A stretch of 64,000 nucleotides of DNA from Bacteroidales bacterium (GCA_028686135.1 JAQUCP010000012.1:7119-71118), one strand, 5' to 3'; shown: positions 1-11,596, numbered from the stretch's first letter. Notes: generated by a model from the letters alone, not told the origin. Numbers and translations are program-made.

Positions 1-269
1 TTGACGTGCTGAAATTTAACCCCAAAGAGGCATCCAGAAAGCTTGAAAAACTGCTGATGTCGGCAATTGCCAACTGGCAGGCCAAAAACGAAGGGGAACG
101 GATCGAAGAGAGCCACCTCTATGTAAAAGATGTTTATGTGGATTCGGGCAGAATCCTTAAACGCCTGAGACCTGCACCACAAGGCCGGGGCCACCGGATC
201 AATAAACGCTCCAACCACGTGACCATTTTCCTGGATAGTAAAAAACAAGTTGAAAAAACGGACGCATAA
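1..269 (+). CDS. rplV: 50S ribosomal protein L22, C-terminal part (5-prime end lies left of the window)
   Basis: Frame open to the window edge; [20 protein letters not shown] tail typical of uL22; sits directly before rpsC as in the S10 operon. Confidence 0.9.
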   Translation, partial: DVLKFNPKEASRKLEKLLMSAIANWQAKNEGERIEESHLYVKDVYVDSGRILKRLRPAPQGRGHRINKRSNHVTIFLDSKKQVEKTDA

Positions 270-962
270 ATGGGACAAAAAGTAAACCCGATTAGTAATC
301 GCCTTGGCATCATCAAGGGTTGGGATTCCAACTGGTATGGCGGAAGTGATTTTACCGAAAAACTCGTTGAAGATTACAAAATCCGTGAATACCTGAATGC
401 CCGACTGGCCAAAGCAAGCGTTTCTAAGATCGTGATTGAGCGTACACTTAAGCTGATCACCATTACAGTCAATACGGCACGCCCGGGTATTATTATCGGA
501 AAAGGCGGGCAAGAGGTTGATAAACTTAAGGAAGAGCTGAAGAAGATCACCAATAAAGAGGTGCAGATTAATATCTTCGAGATTAAGCGACCCGAACTGG
601 ACGCCGTCATCGTAGCTAGTAATATCGCTCGGCAGCTCGAAGGGAAGATTGCTTACAGACGCGCCATTAAAATGGCTATCGCTTCAACGATACGAATGGG
701 CGCTGAAGGAATTAAAGTGCAGATATCCGGTCGATTGAACGGAGCTGAAATGGCTCGGTCCGAGACCTACAAGGAGGGAAGAATCCCGCTGCATACACTA
801 CGTGCCGATATCGACTATGCCCTGGCTGAAGCCCATACTAAGGTCGGAACAACTGGCATCAAAGTGTGGATTTGCAAAGGAGAGATCTACGGCAAGAGAG
901 ACCTTTCACCCAATATTGGAGCCAAAGCCCCGAGAAAAGGATTTAAAAAGAAAAGAGGTTAA
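270..962 (+). CDS. rpsC: 30S ribosomal protein S3
   Basis: 230 aa; [21 protein letters not shown]-terminus and KH-domain [11 protein letters not shown]; operon order. Confidence 0.97.
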   Translation: MGQKVNPISNRLGIIKGWDSNWYGGSDFTEKLVEDYKIREYLNARLAKASVSKIVIERTLKLITITVNTARPGIIIGKGGQEVDKLKEELKKITNKEVQINIFEIKRPELDAVIVASNIARQLEGKIAYRRAIKMAIASTIRMGAEGIKVQISGRLNGAEMARSETYKEGRIPLHTLRADIDYALAEAHTKVGTTGIKVWICKGEIYGKRDLSPNIGAKAPRKGFKKKRG

Positions 963-991
963 CCAGTACCGACTGAATAATAGTAATCGCC

Positions 992-1426
992 ATGTTACAA
1001 CCGAAAAAAACAAAATACAGAAGGCAGCAAAAGGGTAGGATGAAGGGTAACTCCCAGCGAGGGAATCAGCTTGCCTTCGGTTCCTACGGGATCAAAGCAA
1101 TGGAGACCTGCTGGATGACTGGAAGACAGTTGGAGGCAGCTCGTATTGCGGTAAACCGTTACATGCAGCGTCAGGGTCAGGTTTGGATTCGTGTGTTTCC
1201 GGATAAGCCTATCACCAAAAAGCCTGCCGAAGTTCGTATGGGTAAAGGTAAAGGTGCTCCTGAAGGATTCGTTGCACGAGTTACTCCCGGTCGCATCCTG
1301 TTCGAAGCAGAAGGGGTCTCCCTGGATGTAGCCCGCGAAGCCTTACGTCTGGCTGCTCAGAAACTCCCGATCAAGACGAAGTTTATTGTCAGACATGATT
1401 TTGTTGAAAGCACAACCGAGGAATAA
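992..1426 (+). CDS. rplP: 50S ribosomal protein L16
   Basis: 144 aa; [19 protein letters not shown] and [16 protein letters not shown] motifs. Confidence 0.97.
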   Translation: MLQPKKTKYRRQQKGRMKGNSQRGNQLAFGSYGIKAMETCWMTGRQLEAARIAVNRYMQRQGQVWIRVFPDKPITKKPAEVRMGKGKGAPEGFVARVTPGRILFEAEGVSLDVAREALRLAAQKLPIKTKFIVRHDFVESTTEE

Positions 1427-1635
1427 TGAAAAACGTTGAAATTCGCGAATTGACAGCCAAGGAACTGATCGAAAGGATCGATACCGAGAAGGCTAACCTG
1501 GTTAGGATGAACATGAACCACACGGTTTCGCCGTTGGATCGTCCTCACCAGATCCTCCATACCAGGCGTCTTGTCGCCCAACTTAAGACGGAATTGCGCA
1601 AGAGACAGCTTAATGAAAATAAGAAAAGTGAATAA
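1426..1635 (+). CDS. rpmC: 50S ribosomal protein L29
   Basis: 69 aa helical protein; TAATG 1-nt overlap with rplP; operon order. Confidence 0.93.
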   Translation: MKNVEIRELTAKELIERIDTEKANLVRMNMNHTVSPLDRPHQILHTRRLVAQLKTELRKRQLNENKKSE

Positions 1636-1637
1636 CC

Positions 1638-1898
1638 ATGGAAGGTAACAGAAATCTGCGCAAAGAACGCACCGGAGTGGTGGTCAGCAATAAAATGGAA
1701 AAATCCATCGTGGTTGCTGTAAAAAGGAAAGTAAAACATCCGATGTACGGAAAGTTTGTCAATAGAACGACCAAGTTTGTCGCTCACGATGAGCAAAACA
1801 CCTGTAACGAGGGTGATCTGGTCCGGATCATGGAAACCCGGCCGCTCAGTAAGCGCAAGAACTGGAGATTAATCGAAATTATTGAAAGAGCCAAGTAA
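1638..1898 (+). CDS. rpsQ: 30S ribosomal protein S17
   Basis: 86 aa; [21 protein letters not shown]...HPMYGK pattern. Confidence 0.95.
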   Translation: MEGNRNLRKERTGVVVSNKMEKSIVVAVKRKVKHPMYGKFVNRTTKFVAHDEQNTCNEGDLVRIMETRPLSKRKNWRLIEIIERAK

Positions 1899-1900
1899 CC

Positions 1901-2266
1901 ATGATACAACAAGAATCCAGAATGATTGTGGCCGATAATAGTGGCGCTAAAGAGGTCTTGTGCATCCGCGTTTTGGGCGGAACCAGCCGGAAATACGCGT
2001 CGATCGGTGACAAAGTGGTGGTAACCGTGAAGTCAGCCCTGCCTGGTGGCGAGCTAAAAAAAGGCACCGTATCGAAAGCGGTTATTGTCCGCACCGCAAA
2101 AGAGATTCGTCGCAGCGATGGTTCTTATATCCGTTTTGACGACAACGCTTGTGTGTTGCTCAACAATTCAGGTGAGATCCGGGGTACCCGTATCTTTGGG
2201 CCGGTGGCAAGGGAACTTCGCGAGAAATATATGAAAATTGTTTCCCTGGCACCTGAGGTGTTATAA
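1901..2266 (+). CDS. rplN: 50S ribosomal protein L14
   Basis: 121 aa; [27 protein letters not shown]. Confidence 0.97.
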   Translation: MIQQESRMIVADNSGAKEVLCIRVLGGTSRKYASIGDKVVVTVKSALPGGELKKGTVSKAVIVRTAKEIRRSDGSYIRFDDNACVLLNNSGEIRGTRIFGPVARELREKYMKIVSLAPEVL

Positions 2267-2280
2267 TAAAAGCACGGACC

Positions 2281-2604
2281 ATGCAGAAGAAAATTAAGAT
2301 AAAAAAGGGAGATACGGTAATGGTAATTGCCGGAAACTCCAAAGGCCAGCAAGGCCGAGTGCTGGAAGTGATTCGCGATAAGGAGCGGGCTCTGGTGGAA
2401 GGAGTAAACATGCTTTCCAAACATACCAAAGCTGATAAGAATGCTCCCCAGGGTGGAATCATCAAAAAAGAAGGGCCAGTTCATTTATCCAATCTAATGA
2501 TTGTGGATCCTGCATCAGGAAAACCAACCCGCGTTGGCCGTCGGTTGGGTGAGAAGGGTAAACTGGTTAGATTTTCGAAGAAATCAGGAGAGGAGATTAA
2601 GTAA
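2281..2604 (+). CDS. rplX: 50S ribosomal protein L24
   Basis: 107 aa; KOW motif [20 protein letters not shown]. Confidence 0.95.
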   Translation: MQKKIKIKKGDTVMVIAGNSKGQQGRVLEVIRDKERALVEGVNMLSKHTKADKNAPQGGIIKKEGPVHLSNLMIVDPASGKPTRVGRRLGEKGKLVRFSKKSGEEIK

Positions 2605-3161
2605 TGGAATACGTACCGTCATTAAAGAAAAAATACCAGGAAGAGGTCGTTCCTGCATTAACCAAAGAGTTTGGTTACCATTCGGTCATGCAGGTGCCAC
2701 GCCTGGAAAAAATCGTAATCAACCGGGGCGTCGGTCGTGCTGTCGCTGATAAAAAGCTGATAGAGGTTGCTCAGGAAGAACTAACCAATATCACCGGCCA
2801 GAAAGCGGTTCAAACTATCTCCAAAAGAGATATCTCCAACTTCAAGCTGCGTCAGAAGATGCCGATTGGAGTGAAAGTGACCCTGCGCCGTGAACGGATG
2901 TATGAGTTTCTTGAACGCCTGATCGCTGTAGCTTTGCCAAGGATCAGGGATTTCAACGGAGTGAATGCTAAGTTTGACGGACGCGGGAATTATACCCTCG
3001 GTATTACCGAACAAATTATTTTTCCTGAGATCGATATTGACAAGCTCCACTCCATCATCGGTATGGAAATCAGTTTTGTCACTACAGCAAATAGCGATGA
3101 GGAGGGTTTTGCCCTGCTCAAGGGATTTGGAATGCCTTTTAAATCAATAAATAAGAAATAG
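2604..3161 (+). CDS. rplE: 50S ribosomal protein L5
   Basis: 185 aa; [13 protein letters not shown]..., [15 protein letters not shown]; 1-nt overlap with rplX. Confidence 0.97.
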   Translation: MEYVPSLKKKYQEEVVPALTKEFGYHSVMQVPRLEKIVINRGVGRAVADKKLIEVAQEELTNITGQKAVQTISKRDISNFKLRQKMPIGVKVTLRRERMYEFLERLIAVALPRIRDFNGVNAKFDGRGNYTLGITEQIIFPEIDIDKLHSIIGMEISFVTTANSDEEGFALLKGFGMPFKSINKK

Positions 3162-3163
3162 GT

Positions 3164-3433
3164 ATGGCAAAAGAGTCCATGAAGGCCCGCGAGGTCAAAA
3201 GACAAAAAATGGTAGCCAAATACGCCGCGAAACGCGAACGTCTGAAGGCTGAAGGTGATTTTGCCGCACTGAGCAAACTTCCTAAAAATTCTTCCAAAGT
3301 ACGCCTGCACAACCGGTGCAGTTTAACCGGAAGGCCGAAAGGGTACATGCGCCAGTTCGGGATCAGCCGAATCTCGTTCAGAGAGATGGCATCCCAGGGG
3401 TTGATACCAGGTATTAAGAAAGCAAGTTGGTAA
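3164..3433 (+). CDS. rpsN: 30S ribosomal protein S14 (long, zinc-free type)
   Basis: 89 aa; [17 protein letters not shown]..., [19 protein letters not shown]; lacks CxxC pairs. Confidence 0.95.
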   Translation: MAKESMKAREVKRQKMVAKYAAKRERLKAEGDFAALSKLPKNSSKVRLHNRCSLTGRPKGYMRQFGISRISFREMASQGLIPGIKKASW

Positions 3434-3453
3434 TATTATAACAAAAGAATAAG

Positions 3454-3849
3454 ATGACTGATCCGATTGCAGATTTCCTGACGCGCATTCGCAATGCGAT
3501 CATGGCCAAGCATAAAGTGGTTGAGATTCCGGCATCCAACATCAAAAAGGAGATGACAAAAATCCTTTTTGACAAGGGTTACATTCTGAGCTACCGGTTT
3601 GAAGATGATGACAAGCAGGGAATCATAAAGATTGCCCTTAAGTATCACCCAATTTCCCGAATTCCAGCTATTAAACACCTGCAAAGGATTAGTAAGCCGG
3701 GCCTTAGAAAGTACTCCGATGTGGATAATCTTCCAAGGGTTCTGAACGGAATGGGTATTGCTATCCTTTCAACATCAAAAGGATTGATGACTGACAAGGA
3801 AGCTCGCCGGGAGAAAGTTGGCGGTGAGGTATTGTGTTACGTATATTAA
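3454..3849 (+). CDS. rpsH: 30S ribosomal protein S8
   Basis: 131 aa; [16 protein letters not shown]-terminus. Confidence 0.97.
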   Translation: MTDPIADFLTRIRNAIMAKHKVVEIPASNIKKEMTKILFDKGYILSYRFEDDDKQGIIKIALKYHPISRIPAIKHLQRISKPGLRKYSDVDNLPRVLNGMGIAILSTSKGLMTDKEARREKVGGEVLCYVY

Positions 3850-3862
3850 AAAGTTATTGACC

Positions 3863-4417
3863 ATGTCAAGAATTGGAAAATTACCGATTAACATACCTGC
3901 CGGAGTGACCATTAAGGTCTCCGATTCGAATCTGGTAGAGGTAAAAGGCCCTCTCGGAACTCTTACCCAGCAGGTTGATCCGGATATCACTCTCAAAGTA
4001 GAGGATGGTCAGCTGACACTCAGTCGGCCAACTGAACAGCAACGCCACCGGGCACTGCACGGTCTCTATCGTTCGCTAGTACAGAATATGGTGACGGGTG
4101 TTTCGACAGGATACGAGATTAAACAGGAACTGGTAGGGGTAGGATACAAGGCTACCGCTGACGGTCAGGTCCTTGAAATGAACCTGGGATATTCCCATCC
4201 AATCATCATGCAGCTTCCTCCGGAAGTGAAAGTTGAAGCGGTCACTGAAAGAAGAAGTAATCCTATCATTACCTTACGGAGTATTGATAAACAGCTTATC
4301 GGACAGGTGGCATCGAAGATTCGCTCACTGCGTAAACCGGAGCCTTACAAAGGTAAAGGTATCAAGTTCGTAGGTGAAGTCCTGCGACGGAAGTCGGGTA
4401 AAACCGCTGGTAGTTAA
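3863..4417 (+). CDS. rplF: 50S ribosomal protein L6
   Basis: Start moved to ATG 3863 (MSRIGKLPINIPAGV); the track start at 3818 overlaps the rpsH end. Confidence 0.95.
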   Translation: MSRIGKLPINIPAGVTIKVSDSNLVEVKGPLGTLTQQVDPDITLKVEDGQLTLSRPTEQQRHRALHGLYRSLVQNMVTGVSTGYEIKQELVGVGYKATADGQVLEMNLGYSHPIIMQLPPEVKVEAVTERRSNPIITLRSIDKQLIGQVASKIRSLRKPEPYKGKGIKFVGEVLRRKSGKTAGS

Positions 4418-4456
4418 TGCTGTTATTTAGATAATAAGTTAAAACGAGTAAATAAG

Positions 4457-4816
4457 ATGGCTTTTTCAAAGCACGAACGCAGACTGAAGATCAAAAGTCG
4501 GATACGCAAGAAGATCGAGGGAACAAGTGAGTTGCCCCGTCTTTCCGTATACCGCAGTAATCGCCAGATTTCAGTTCAGGTGATTGACGATCTCTCCGGT
4601 CGTACGCTCATTTCCGCTTCTTCATTGGAGAAGGAAGTGGTGTTGAACCCGGGTGACAATAAGATAACACAGGCCAAACTGGTTGGGAAAAGAATAGCCG
4701 AGAAGGCTATTGCCCAAGGGATCACTCAGGTGGTCTTCGACCGGAATGGTTATTTGTATCACGGAAGAGTTAAATCATTGGCGGATGCTGCCCGGGAAGG
4801 AGGGCTAAAATTTTAA
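4457..4816 (+). CDS. rplR: 50S ribosomal protein L18
   Basis: 119 aa; [40 protein letters not shown]. Confidence 0.95.
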   Translation: MAFSKHERRLKIKSRIRKKIEGTSELPRLSVYRSNRQISVQVIDDLSGRTLISASSLEKEVVLNPGDNKITQAKLVGKRIAEKAIAQGITQVVFDRNGYLYHGRVKSLADAAREGGLKF

Positions 4817-5337
4817 TGAATATGTCGACGAGCGTACTTAAAGTAAAAACGACCGACCTGGAACTGAAAGACCGGTTGGTAGCAATCAACCGAGTCACGA
4901 AGGTGACCAAGGGGGGGCGAAACTTTAGCTTTTCCGCTATCGTGGTGGTTGGAAACGAAGATGGCGTTGTTGGCTGGGGCCTGGGTAAGGCTAATGAGGT
5001 GACAACCGCTATCGCCAAAGGCGTGGAAGCAGCTAAGAAAAACCTGATCAAGGTGCCCATTATCAATGGAACAATACCTCACGAGCAGGTTGCCAGCTTT
5101 GGCGGAGCTACTGTATGGCTTAAACCAGCCTCCAGCGGTACTGGTGTAAAGGCTGGTGGTGCTATGCGTGCGGTTCTGGAAAGCGTTGGTGTAACCAGCG
5201 TACTCGCCAAATCCAAAGGCTCCTCGAACCCTCATAACCTGGTCAAAGCTACGATGGCAGCCCTTATGGAACTTAGAGATGCTATTACTGTAGCGCAGCA
5301 TCGCGGAATAAGCCTGGATAAAGTTTTTAACGGATAA
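4816..5337 (+). CDS. rpsE: 30S ribosomal protein S5
   Basis: 173 aa; [22 protein letters not shown]. Confidence 0.96.
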   Translation: MNMSTSVLKVKTTDLELKDRLVAINRVTKVTKGGRNFSFSAIVVVGNEDGVVGWGLGKANEVTTAIAKGVEAAKKNLIKVPIINGTIPHEQVASFGGATVWLKPASSGTGVKAGGAMRAVLESVGVTSVLAKSKGSSNPHNLVKATMAALMELRDAITVAQHRGISLDKVFNG

Positions 5338-5358
5338 TCCGATCAGTAAGAGACAATT

Positions 5359-5541
5359 ATGGCCAAAATAAAAATTACACAGACCCGCAGTAAGATCCAC
5401 TGTACCGATCGTCAAAAAAAGACTTTGGAAGCATTGGGTTTGCGCAAAATGCATGCGACTGTGGAGCAAGAAGCCACCCCGCAAATTTTGGGAATGGTAG
5501 CAAAAGTTAAACATCTGGTTTCCGTCGAAACTGGTAAATAG
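5359..5541 (+). CDS. rpmD: 50S ribosomal protein L30
   Basis: 60 aa; KIKITQTRSKIHCTDRQKKTLEALGLRK. Confidence 0.93.
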   Translation: MAKIKITQTRSKIHCTDRQKKTLEALGLRKMHATVEQEATPQILGMVAKVKHLVSVETGK

Positions 5542-5567
5542 TCTAATTTTCAAAAGAACATCCAAAA

Positions 5568-6014
5568 ATGGAATTGCATAATCTCAAACCAGCTGAAGGA
5601 TCGGTTCATAAGGAGAAAAGAATCGGACGTGGACAGGGCTCTGGATACGGCGGAACATCGACCCGTGGACATAAGGGCGCAAAATCCCGTTCGGGTTTTC
5701 ATACTAAAGTAGGATTCGAAGGTGGCCAGATGCCACTGCAGCGCCGTCTTCCTAAATTCGGTTTTAAAAATATCAATCGGAAAGAGTTCAAAGGTATTAA
5801 CATCAGCACCTTACAACTGCTTGCTGATAAGAAAAGCCTGACACTGATTGATGTGGATGCGCTGATTGAAGCCGGTTTGGTTAAGAAAAATGATAAGGTA
5901 AAAATTCTTGGAAACGGCACCCTGACTGCGAAATTGGAGGTTAGAGCACACGCTTTCTCCAATTCAGCTGTCAAGGCTATTGAAGCCCAGCAAGGAACCG
6001 TAGTTAAACTGTAA
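5568..6014 (+). CDS. rplO: 50S ribosomal protein L15
   Basis: 148 aa; LKPAEGSVHKEKRIGRGQGSGYGGTSTRGHKG. Confidence 0.95.
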   Translation: MELHNLKPAEGSVHKEKRIGRGQGSGYGGTSTRGHKGAKSRSGFHTKVGFEGGQMPLQRRLPKFGFKNINRKEFKGINISTLQLLADKKSLTLIDVDALIEAGLVKKNDKVKILGNGTLTAKLEVRAHAFSNSAVKAIEAQQGTVVKL

Positions 6015-6018
6015 CGGG

Positions 6019-7353
6019 ATGAGAAGATTTATCGAAACCCTTAAGAACATTTGGAGGATTGAAGACCTCCGCGCGAGAATCCTTACCACATTGGGACTGA
6101 TCTTGGTCTATCGGCTTGGCAGCTTTATCGTGTTGCCGGGGGTGGACCCGACGCAACTTGATGCTCTGCGCGAGCAGACAGCAGGAGGCCTGGAGGGATT
6201 GCTGGATATGTTTTCGGGTGGTGCCTTCTCTAACGCTTCTGTTTTTGCTCTGGGTATTATGCCGTACATCTCCGCATCTATCGTGATCCAATTGCTCACG
6301 ATCGCCGTCCCCTATTTTCAGCGTATGCAGAAAGAGGGCGAAAGCGGAAGAAAAAAGATGAATCAGATAACCAGATGGCTTACAGTTGCTATTACTGCAG
6401 CTCAAGGACCCAGCTACCTGTTTAACCTGCACCGACAATTGCCAGAAACGGCTTTTGTTGTGAGTGGAGCCTTCTTTACCATCTCCTCCGTGATCATCCT
6501 GACTGCCGGTACCCTCTTTATTATGTGGCTTGGTGAACGTATCACCGACAAGGGAATCGGAAACGGTATCTCACTCATCATTATGATCGGAATTATCGCC
6601 CGTCTTCCGTTTGCCCTCGCTGCAGAATTTGCTCAGAAGCTTGAACAGCAGGGTGGTGGACTCGTTATGGTTTTGGTTGAAATCATCCTACTCCTCATCG
6701 TTATCATGGCATCTATTGCATTGGTGCAAGCTACACGACGAGTGCCCGTTCAATATGCTAAACGGATTGTAGGGAATAAGCAATATGGAGGCGTTAGGCA
6801 ATATATCCCTCTGAAAATCAATGCAGCAGGGGTTATGCCGATCATTTTCGCTCAAGCGTTTATGTTCCTCCCTATGATGCTGGGTCAGTTCGATACCGAA
6901 GGATCGGGTAAGTTCCTACAAGCTTTTGGAGACTATACCGGATTCTGGTATAATTTGACTTTTGCCTTGTTAATCATTGCATTTACGTATTTTTATACTG
7001 CCGTTACTGTCAACCCGACGCAAATGGCAGAAGATATGAAACGAAACGGAGGTTTTATACCAGGTGTCAAACCTGGTAGAAAAACGGTCGAATTCCTTGA
7101 CTCGATCATGTCAAGGATTACTCTTCCGGGCTCAATCTTCCTGGCGATCATTGCTGTGCTGCCTGCACTGGCAAGTCTGATCGGAATCAATAGCCAGTTT
7201 GCCCAGTTCTTTGGGGGAACTTCCTTGCTGATTTTGGTTGGTGTTGTTCTTGACACACTCCAGCAGATTGAAAGCCATCTTTTAATGAGGCATTATGACG
7301 GACTGATGAAATCAGGCCGCATCAAAGGCAGGGTTGGTGGCTCAGCTATTTAA
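6019..7353 (+). CDS. secY: preprotein translocase subunit SecY
   Basis: 444 aa, about 10 TM segments; FALGIMPYISASIVIQLL, WLGERITDKGIGNGISLII. Confidence 0.97.
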   Translation: MRRFIETLKNIWRIEDLRARILTTLGLILVYRLGSFIVLPGVDPTQLDALREQTAGGLEGLLDMFSGGAFSNASVFALGIMPYISASIVIQLLTIAVPYFQRMQKEGESGRKKMNQITRWLTVAITAAQGPSYLFNLHRQLPETAFVVSGAFFTISSVIILTAGTLFIMWLGERITDKGIGNGISLIIMIGIIARLPFALAAEFAQKLEQQGGGLVMVLVEIILLLIVIMASIALVQATRRVPVQYAKRIVGNKQYGGVRQYIPLKINAAGVMPIIFAQAFMFLPMMLGQFDTEGSGKFLQAFGDYTGFWYNLTFALLIIAFTYFYTAVTVNPTQMAEDMKRNGGFIPGVKPGRKTVEFLDSIMSRITLPGSIFLAIIAVLPALASLIGINSQFAQFFGGTSLLILVGVVLDTLQQIESHLLMRHYDGLMKSGRIKGRVGGSAI

Positions 7354-7376
7354 CCTCGCTCAATGGAGTTCTTTGT

Positions 7377-8153
7377 ATGATTGAAATCAAGACAGATGAG
7401 GAGATAGAATTGCTAAGGAAAAGCAACCTTCTTCTTTCTGCAACCCTTGCGAACGTTGCGCCCTTGATGAAACCGGGAATCACTACACTCGAAATCGATC
7501 GGGTGGCGGAGGAGTACATCCGGGATCATGGAGGAGTACCAGGATTCAAAGGCTATAGCGGGTTCCCAAATACATTGTGCATTTCTGTGAATGACCAGGT
7601 TGTGCATGGGATCCCTTCTAACCGGGTACTTCAAGAAGGAGATATCGTTTCAGTGGATTGCGGCGTCTTTATGAATGGCTTTCACGGTGATTCAGCTTAT
7701 ACCTTTGCAGTGGGAGAAATCTCTGAAGAGCTGCAAAACCTGATCCGGGTAACCCGAGAAGCCCTTTTTCTGGGCATCGCAAAAGCTGTCGCTGGAAACC
7801 GGATTGGTGATATCGGACATGCCATTCAGGAACACGCCGAAGCTAACCGCTTCTCAGTCGTTCGCGAAATGGTAGGACATGGAGTAGGGCGTAATCTCCA
7901 CGAAGAACCAGAAGTCCCTAACTATGGACGCCCTGGTACAGGACCAATGTTACGCGAAGGGATGACAATCGCTATCGAACCCATGATCAACCTTGGGCGG
8001 AGACAAATTTATCAGGAGCGAGACGGCTGGACAATCCGAACCGCTGACCATAAACCATCAGCTCATTTTGAACATTCGATAGCTGTCCGGGCAACAAAAG
8101 CTGATGTACTGTCTGATTTCGAAATAATTGATAAAGTATTGAATAATAACTAA
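7377..8153 (+). CDS. map: type I methionine aminopeptidase
   Basis: 258 aa; VHGIP, DCGV...GFHGDSAYTF, GHGVGRNLHEEP metal-ligand motifs. Confidence 0.95.
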   Translation: MIEIKTDEEIELLRKSNLLLSATLANVAPLMKPGITTLEIDRVAEEYIRDHGGVPGFKGYSGFPNTLCISVNDQVVHGIPSNRVLQEGDIVSVDCGVFMNGFHGDSAYTFAVGEISEELQNLIRVTREALFLGIAKAVAGNRIGDIGHAIQEHAEANRFSVVREMVGHGVGRNLHEEPEVPNYGRPGTGPMLREGMTIAIEPMINLGRRQIYQERDGWTIRTADHKPSAHFEHSIAVRATKADVLSDFEIIDKVLNNN

Positions 8154-8156
8154 TAT

Positions 8157-8378
8157 ATGCCAAAACAATCTTCTATCGAACAAGATGGAACAATCATTGA
8201 GGCCCTGTCCAATGCCATGTTCCGTGTCGAGCTGGAAAATGGGCACGTCATTACTGCTCATATTTCAGGGAAGATGCGTATGCATTATATTAAGATCTTA
8301 CCCGGGGATAAAGTAAGAGTGGAAATGTCCCCCTACGATTTGACTAAAGGACGTATTTCATACCGGTATAAAAACTGA
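8157..8378 (+). CDS. infA: translation initiation factor IF-1
   Basis: 73 aa; [24 protein letters not shown]...[16 protein letters not shown]. Confidence 0.97.
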   Translation: MPKQSSIEQDGTIIEALSNAMFRVELENGHVITAHISGKMRMHYIKILPGDKVRVEMSPYDLTKGRISYRYKN

Positions 8379-8392
8379 TAAAAAACGTAACA

Positions 8393-8509
8393 ATGAAGGT
8401 ACGAGCATCTGTAAAAAAGCGTTCGCCAGAGTGCAAAATTGTGCGCCGGAAAGGACGTATCTATGTGATTAACAAGAAGAATCCCAAGTTCAAACAAAGA
8501 CAGGGATAA
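8393..8509 (+). CDS. rpmJ: 50S ribosomal protein L36 (not in the ORF track; 38 codons)
   Basis: Hand translation ATG 8393 to TAA 8507-8509: [38 protein letters not shown]; canonical position between infA and rpsM. Confidence 0.9.
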   Translation: MKVRASVKKRSPECKIVRRKGRIYVINKKNPKFKQRQG

Positions 8510-8543
8510 TTGACATTGAATCAATTCATAAGGAATATATTTT

Positions 8544-8921
8544 ATGGCACGTATTGTTGGTGTTGACATACCGAACAACAAAAGGGGCGAAATTGCCCTC
8601 ACTTATATTTACGGAATCGGAAGAAGCCGGGCACAAAAAATCCTGGCAGAAGCTGGAGTGGACAAGAATCTGAAAGTTCAGGACTGGAATGATGACCAGA
8701 GTGCTGCAATCCGTACTTATATTAACGATCACTTCAAGATTGAGGGTGAACTTAGGTCCGAAACACAGATGAATATTAAGAGGCTGATGGATATTGGATG
8801 CTATCGGGGAATTCGCCATCGTCTGGGTCTGCCTGTTCGCGGCCAGAGTACTAAGAACAACGCCCGTACCAGAAAAGGAAGACGGAAAACTGTTGCCAAT
8901 AAAAAGAAAGCCACTAAATAA
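8544..8921 (+). CDS. rpsM: 30S ribosomal protein S13
   Basis: 125 aa; [26 protein letters not shown]. Confidence 0.97.
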   Translation: MARIVGVDIPNNKRGEIALTYIYGIGRSRAQKILAEAGVDKNLKVQDWNDDQSAAIRTYINDHFKIEGELRSETQMNIKRLMDIGCYRGIRHRLGLPVRGQSTKNNARTRKGRRKTVANKKKATK

Positions 8922-8931
8922 GCGGTAAACA

Positions 8932-9324
8932 ATGGGAAAAAAGAAAGCAAAAGCAGCGAAGAAAAGAGTGGTCCAAGTTGAACCGCTTGGACAAGCTCAC
9001 ATCCATTCTTCATTTAACAACATTATCGTATCTCTGACTAATAATGCCGGTCAGGTGATCTCCTGGTCCTCTAGCGGGAAAAACGGTTTCCGCGGATCTA
9101 AAAAAAATACCCCCTATGCAGCCCAGGTAGCCTCACAGGATGCAGCGAAAGTTGCTTATGATTTGGGACTTAGGAAGGTGAAGGTTTTTGTCAAGGGCCC
9201 AGGCAACGGAAGAGAATCAGCCATCAGAACACTCCATAATAATGGAATTGAGGTGGTGGAAATCATGGATGTTACACCGATGCCCCATAATGGATGCCGT
9301 CCACCAAAAAGAAGAAGAGTTTAA
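8932..9324 (+). CDS. rpsK: 30S ribosomal protein S11
   Basis: 130 aa; [28 protein letters not shown] tail. Confidence 0.97.
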   Translation: MGKKKAKAAKKRVVQVEPLGQAHIHSSFNNIIVSLTNNAGQVISWSSSGKNGFRGSKKNTPYAAQVASQDAAKVAYDLGLRKVKVFVKGPGNGRESAIRTLHNNGIEVVEIMDVTPMPHNGCRPPKRRRV

Positions 9325-9360
9325 TTTCCAATACATTAATCTATAAAACCAAAGAATTAA

Positions 9361-9966
9361 ATGGCTAGATATATTGGACCGAAAACCAGGATTGCCAGAA
9401 AGTTTGGGGAGCCTATTTACGGGGCAGATAAGTACTTCGAAAAGAAGAACTATCCTCCCGGATTTCACGGTCCGTCAAGAAGACGTAGAAAGCTGTCAGA
9501 GTACGGAGTTCAGCTTAAAGAGAAGCAGAAAGCTAAATATACCTACGGGATATTGGAAAAGCAATTCTCCAATACCTTTAAGAAAGCCCAGCGAACGAAA
9601 GGGGTAACCGGCGAGGTTCTCCTGCAATTGTTGGAATCCAGACTGGATAACGTAGTCTATCGCTTGGGAATTTCCAAAACTAGAGCCGGTGCACGTCAGC
9701 TGGTTAACCACCGACATATCACTGTCAACGGTCAGGTCGTTAACATTCCCTCCTACTCCCTGAAACCAGGTGATGTTGTAGGCGTACGCGAAAAGTCAAA
9801 ATCTCTTGAGGTAATTCTGGATTCAGTCGCTTCTGCCAGACCAAGACTCGCCTGGCTCGAATGGGATCAGGCCGACATGGTAGGTAAGTTTATTAACATA
9901 CCAGAAAGAACTGATATTCCTGAAAATATTAAGGAACAACTGATAGTTGAATTGTATTCCAAGTAA
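9361..9966 (+). CDS. rpsD: 30S ribosomal protein S4
   Basis: 201 aa; [17 protein letters not shown]4 domain [10 protein letters not shown]. Confidence 0.97.
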   Translation: MARYIGPKTRIARKFGEPIYGADKYFEKKNYPPGFHGPSRRRRKLSEYGVQLKEKQKAKYTYGILEKQFSNTFKKAQRTKGVTGEVLLQLLESRLDNVVYRLGISKTRAGARQLVNHRHITVNGQVVNIPSYSLKPGDVVGVREKSKSLEVILDSVASARPRLAWLEWDQADMVGKFINIPERTDIPENIKEQLIVELYSK

Positions 9967-9983
9967 TCGATAAATATTAGATC

Positions 9984-10976
9984 ATGGCTATTCTATCCTT
10001 TCAAAGACCAGATAAAGTTATCCTTCTCGAGTCCGAACCTACGTTTGGTAAGTTCGAATTCAGACCCCTCGAGCCAGGTTACGGAATCACGGTTGGCAAT
10101 GCCCTTCGCCGAATCCTGCTAAGCTCCCTGGAAGGCTATGCGATTACTACCTTGAAAATCGAAGGGGTAGATCATGAGTTTTCTACAATAAAAGGGGTGA
10201 TCGAGGATGTAACTGAGATCATTCTGAACCTGAAACAGGTGAGGTTCAAGCAGCAGATTGAAGGTGTTGAGGATGAGCGCGTAACGATCGTTGTTAGCGG
10301 ACAGGAACTGATGAAAGCCGAAGATATCGGGAACTTCCTGAGCGGTTTCAAAGTCCTGAATCCTGAACTGGAAATTTGCCACATGGACCCAACGGTCAAA
10401 TTGCAGATGACCCTGACAATCAACAAGGGACGTGGTTATGTGCCCTCCGAAGAGAATAAACCGGATGATGCGGAAATCGGATTAATCCCTCTTGACGCCG
10501 TTTTTACACCAATTAAGAATGTCAAGTTTACCATCGAGAATTTCAGAGTTGAACAGAAGACCGACTACGAAAAACTCGTACTGGAAATTCAAACCGATGG
10601 ATCTATTCATCCAAAAGAAGCTTTGAAAGAATCAGCTAAAATCCTGATTCACCACTTCATGCTTTTCTCCGATGAGAAAATTACCCTGGAATCGGATGAG
10701 AAAACAGATCGTGAAGAGTTTGACGAGGAGGTTCTCCACATGCGCCAGATGCTGAAAACAAAACTCACCGACCTTGATCTGTCCGTCAGAGCACTTAACT
10801 GCCTGAAGGCCGCTGATGTGGAAACGTTAGGCGACCTGGTTGCCTACAACAAAAACGATCTGCTGAAATTCAGGAACTTTGGAAAAAAATCCCTGACAGA
10901 ACTTGAAGATCTGCTGAAAGCCATGGAACTGAATTTCGGGATGGATGTAGCAAAGTATAAATTAGATAAGGAATAA
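9984..10976 (+). CDS. rpoA: DNA-directed RNA polymerase subunit alpha
   Basis: 330 aa; [18 protein letters not shown]-terminal domain [14 protein letters not shown]. Confidence 0.97.
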   Translation: MAILSFQRPDKVILLESEPTFGKFEFRPLEPGYGITVGNALRRILLSSLEGYAITTLKIEGVDHEFSTIKGVIEDVTEIILNLKQVRFKQQIEGVEDERVTIVVSGQELMKAEDIGNFLSGFKVLNPELEICHMDPTVKLQMTLTINKGRGYVPSEENKPDDAEIGLIPLDAVFTPIKNVKFTIENFRVEQKTDYEKLVLEIQTDGSIHPKEALKESAKILIHHFMLFSDEKITLESDEKTDREEFDEEVLHMRQMLKTKLTDLDLSVRALNCLKAADVETLGDLVAYNKNDLLKFRNFGKKSLTELEDLLKAMELNFGMDVAKYKLDKE

Positions 10977-10982
10977 GCGAAA

Positions 10983-11552
10983 ATGAGACACGGGGATAAA
11001 CAGAATAACCTAGGAAGAAAAAGCGCCCACCGGGATGCCATGCTGGCCAATATGGCCTGCTCATTGATCATGCATAAAAGGATCAATACAACGGTAGCCA
11101 AAGCCAAAGCCCTCCGGACCTATATCGAGCCTCTGATAACTAAGGCAAAAGAGGATACGACACACTCAAGAAGAGTCGTGTTTGGCTACCTAAGCGATAA
11201 AGCCGCTGTAACTGAACTGTTCCGCGAAGTGGCCCAAAAAATTGCCGATCGCCCGGGAGGATATACCAGAATCTTAAAGACAGGCACCCGTCTTGGCGAT
11301 AGCGCCGAAATGTGCCTGATCGAACTGGTGGATTTTAATGAGAATATGCTGGCTGCTAAAGCTGAATCCAAAGCAGCAAAAACTCGCCGGTCAAGACGCT
11401 CACCAAAGAAAAAAACTGAGACGGAAGCTGCTCCGGCAACTCCCTCTGTAGAGGCTAAGCCTACTGAATCTACTGTAAGTGAACCTGTTGTGAATGAGGC
11501 TGAAAGCAAGCCTGCGGAAACAACTGATTCAAATACGGAAGAAAAAGCTTAG
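10983..11552 (+). CDS. rplQ: 50S ribosomal protein L17 with a ~65-aa low-complexity C-terminal tail
   Basis: 189 aa; [24 protein letters not shown]..., GGYTRILK; K/E/A/T/S-rich tail. Confidence 0.93.
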   Translation: MRHGDKQNNLGRKSAHRDAMLANMACSLIMHKRINTTVAKAKALRTYIEPLITKAKEDTTHSRRVVFGYLSDKAAVTELFREVAQKIADRPGGYTRILKTGTRLGDSAEMCLIELVDFNENMLAAKAESKAAKTRRSRRSPKKKTETEAAPATPSVEAKPTESTVSEPVVNEAESKPAETTDSNTEEKA

Positions 11553-11596
11553 CTGATTGAGATTAAGCAAAATTTGTTTTTTGTAGATAGGGTGAG

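Noticed and set aside
4813-5565. 250-aa ORF on the minus strand, the longest antisense ORF in the window
   Set aside because: It lies entirely antisense to rpsE and rpmD, which have unambiguous homology. Its product is low-complexity with no motif, so it is most likely a chance open frame opposite highly biased coding sequence.
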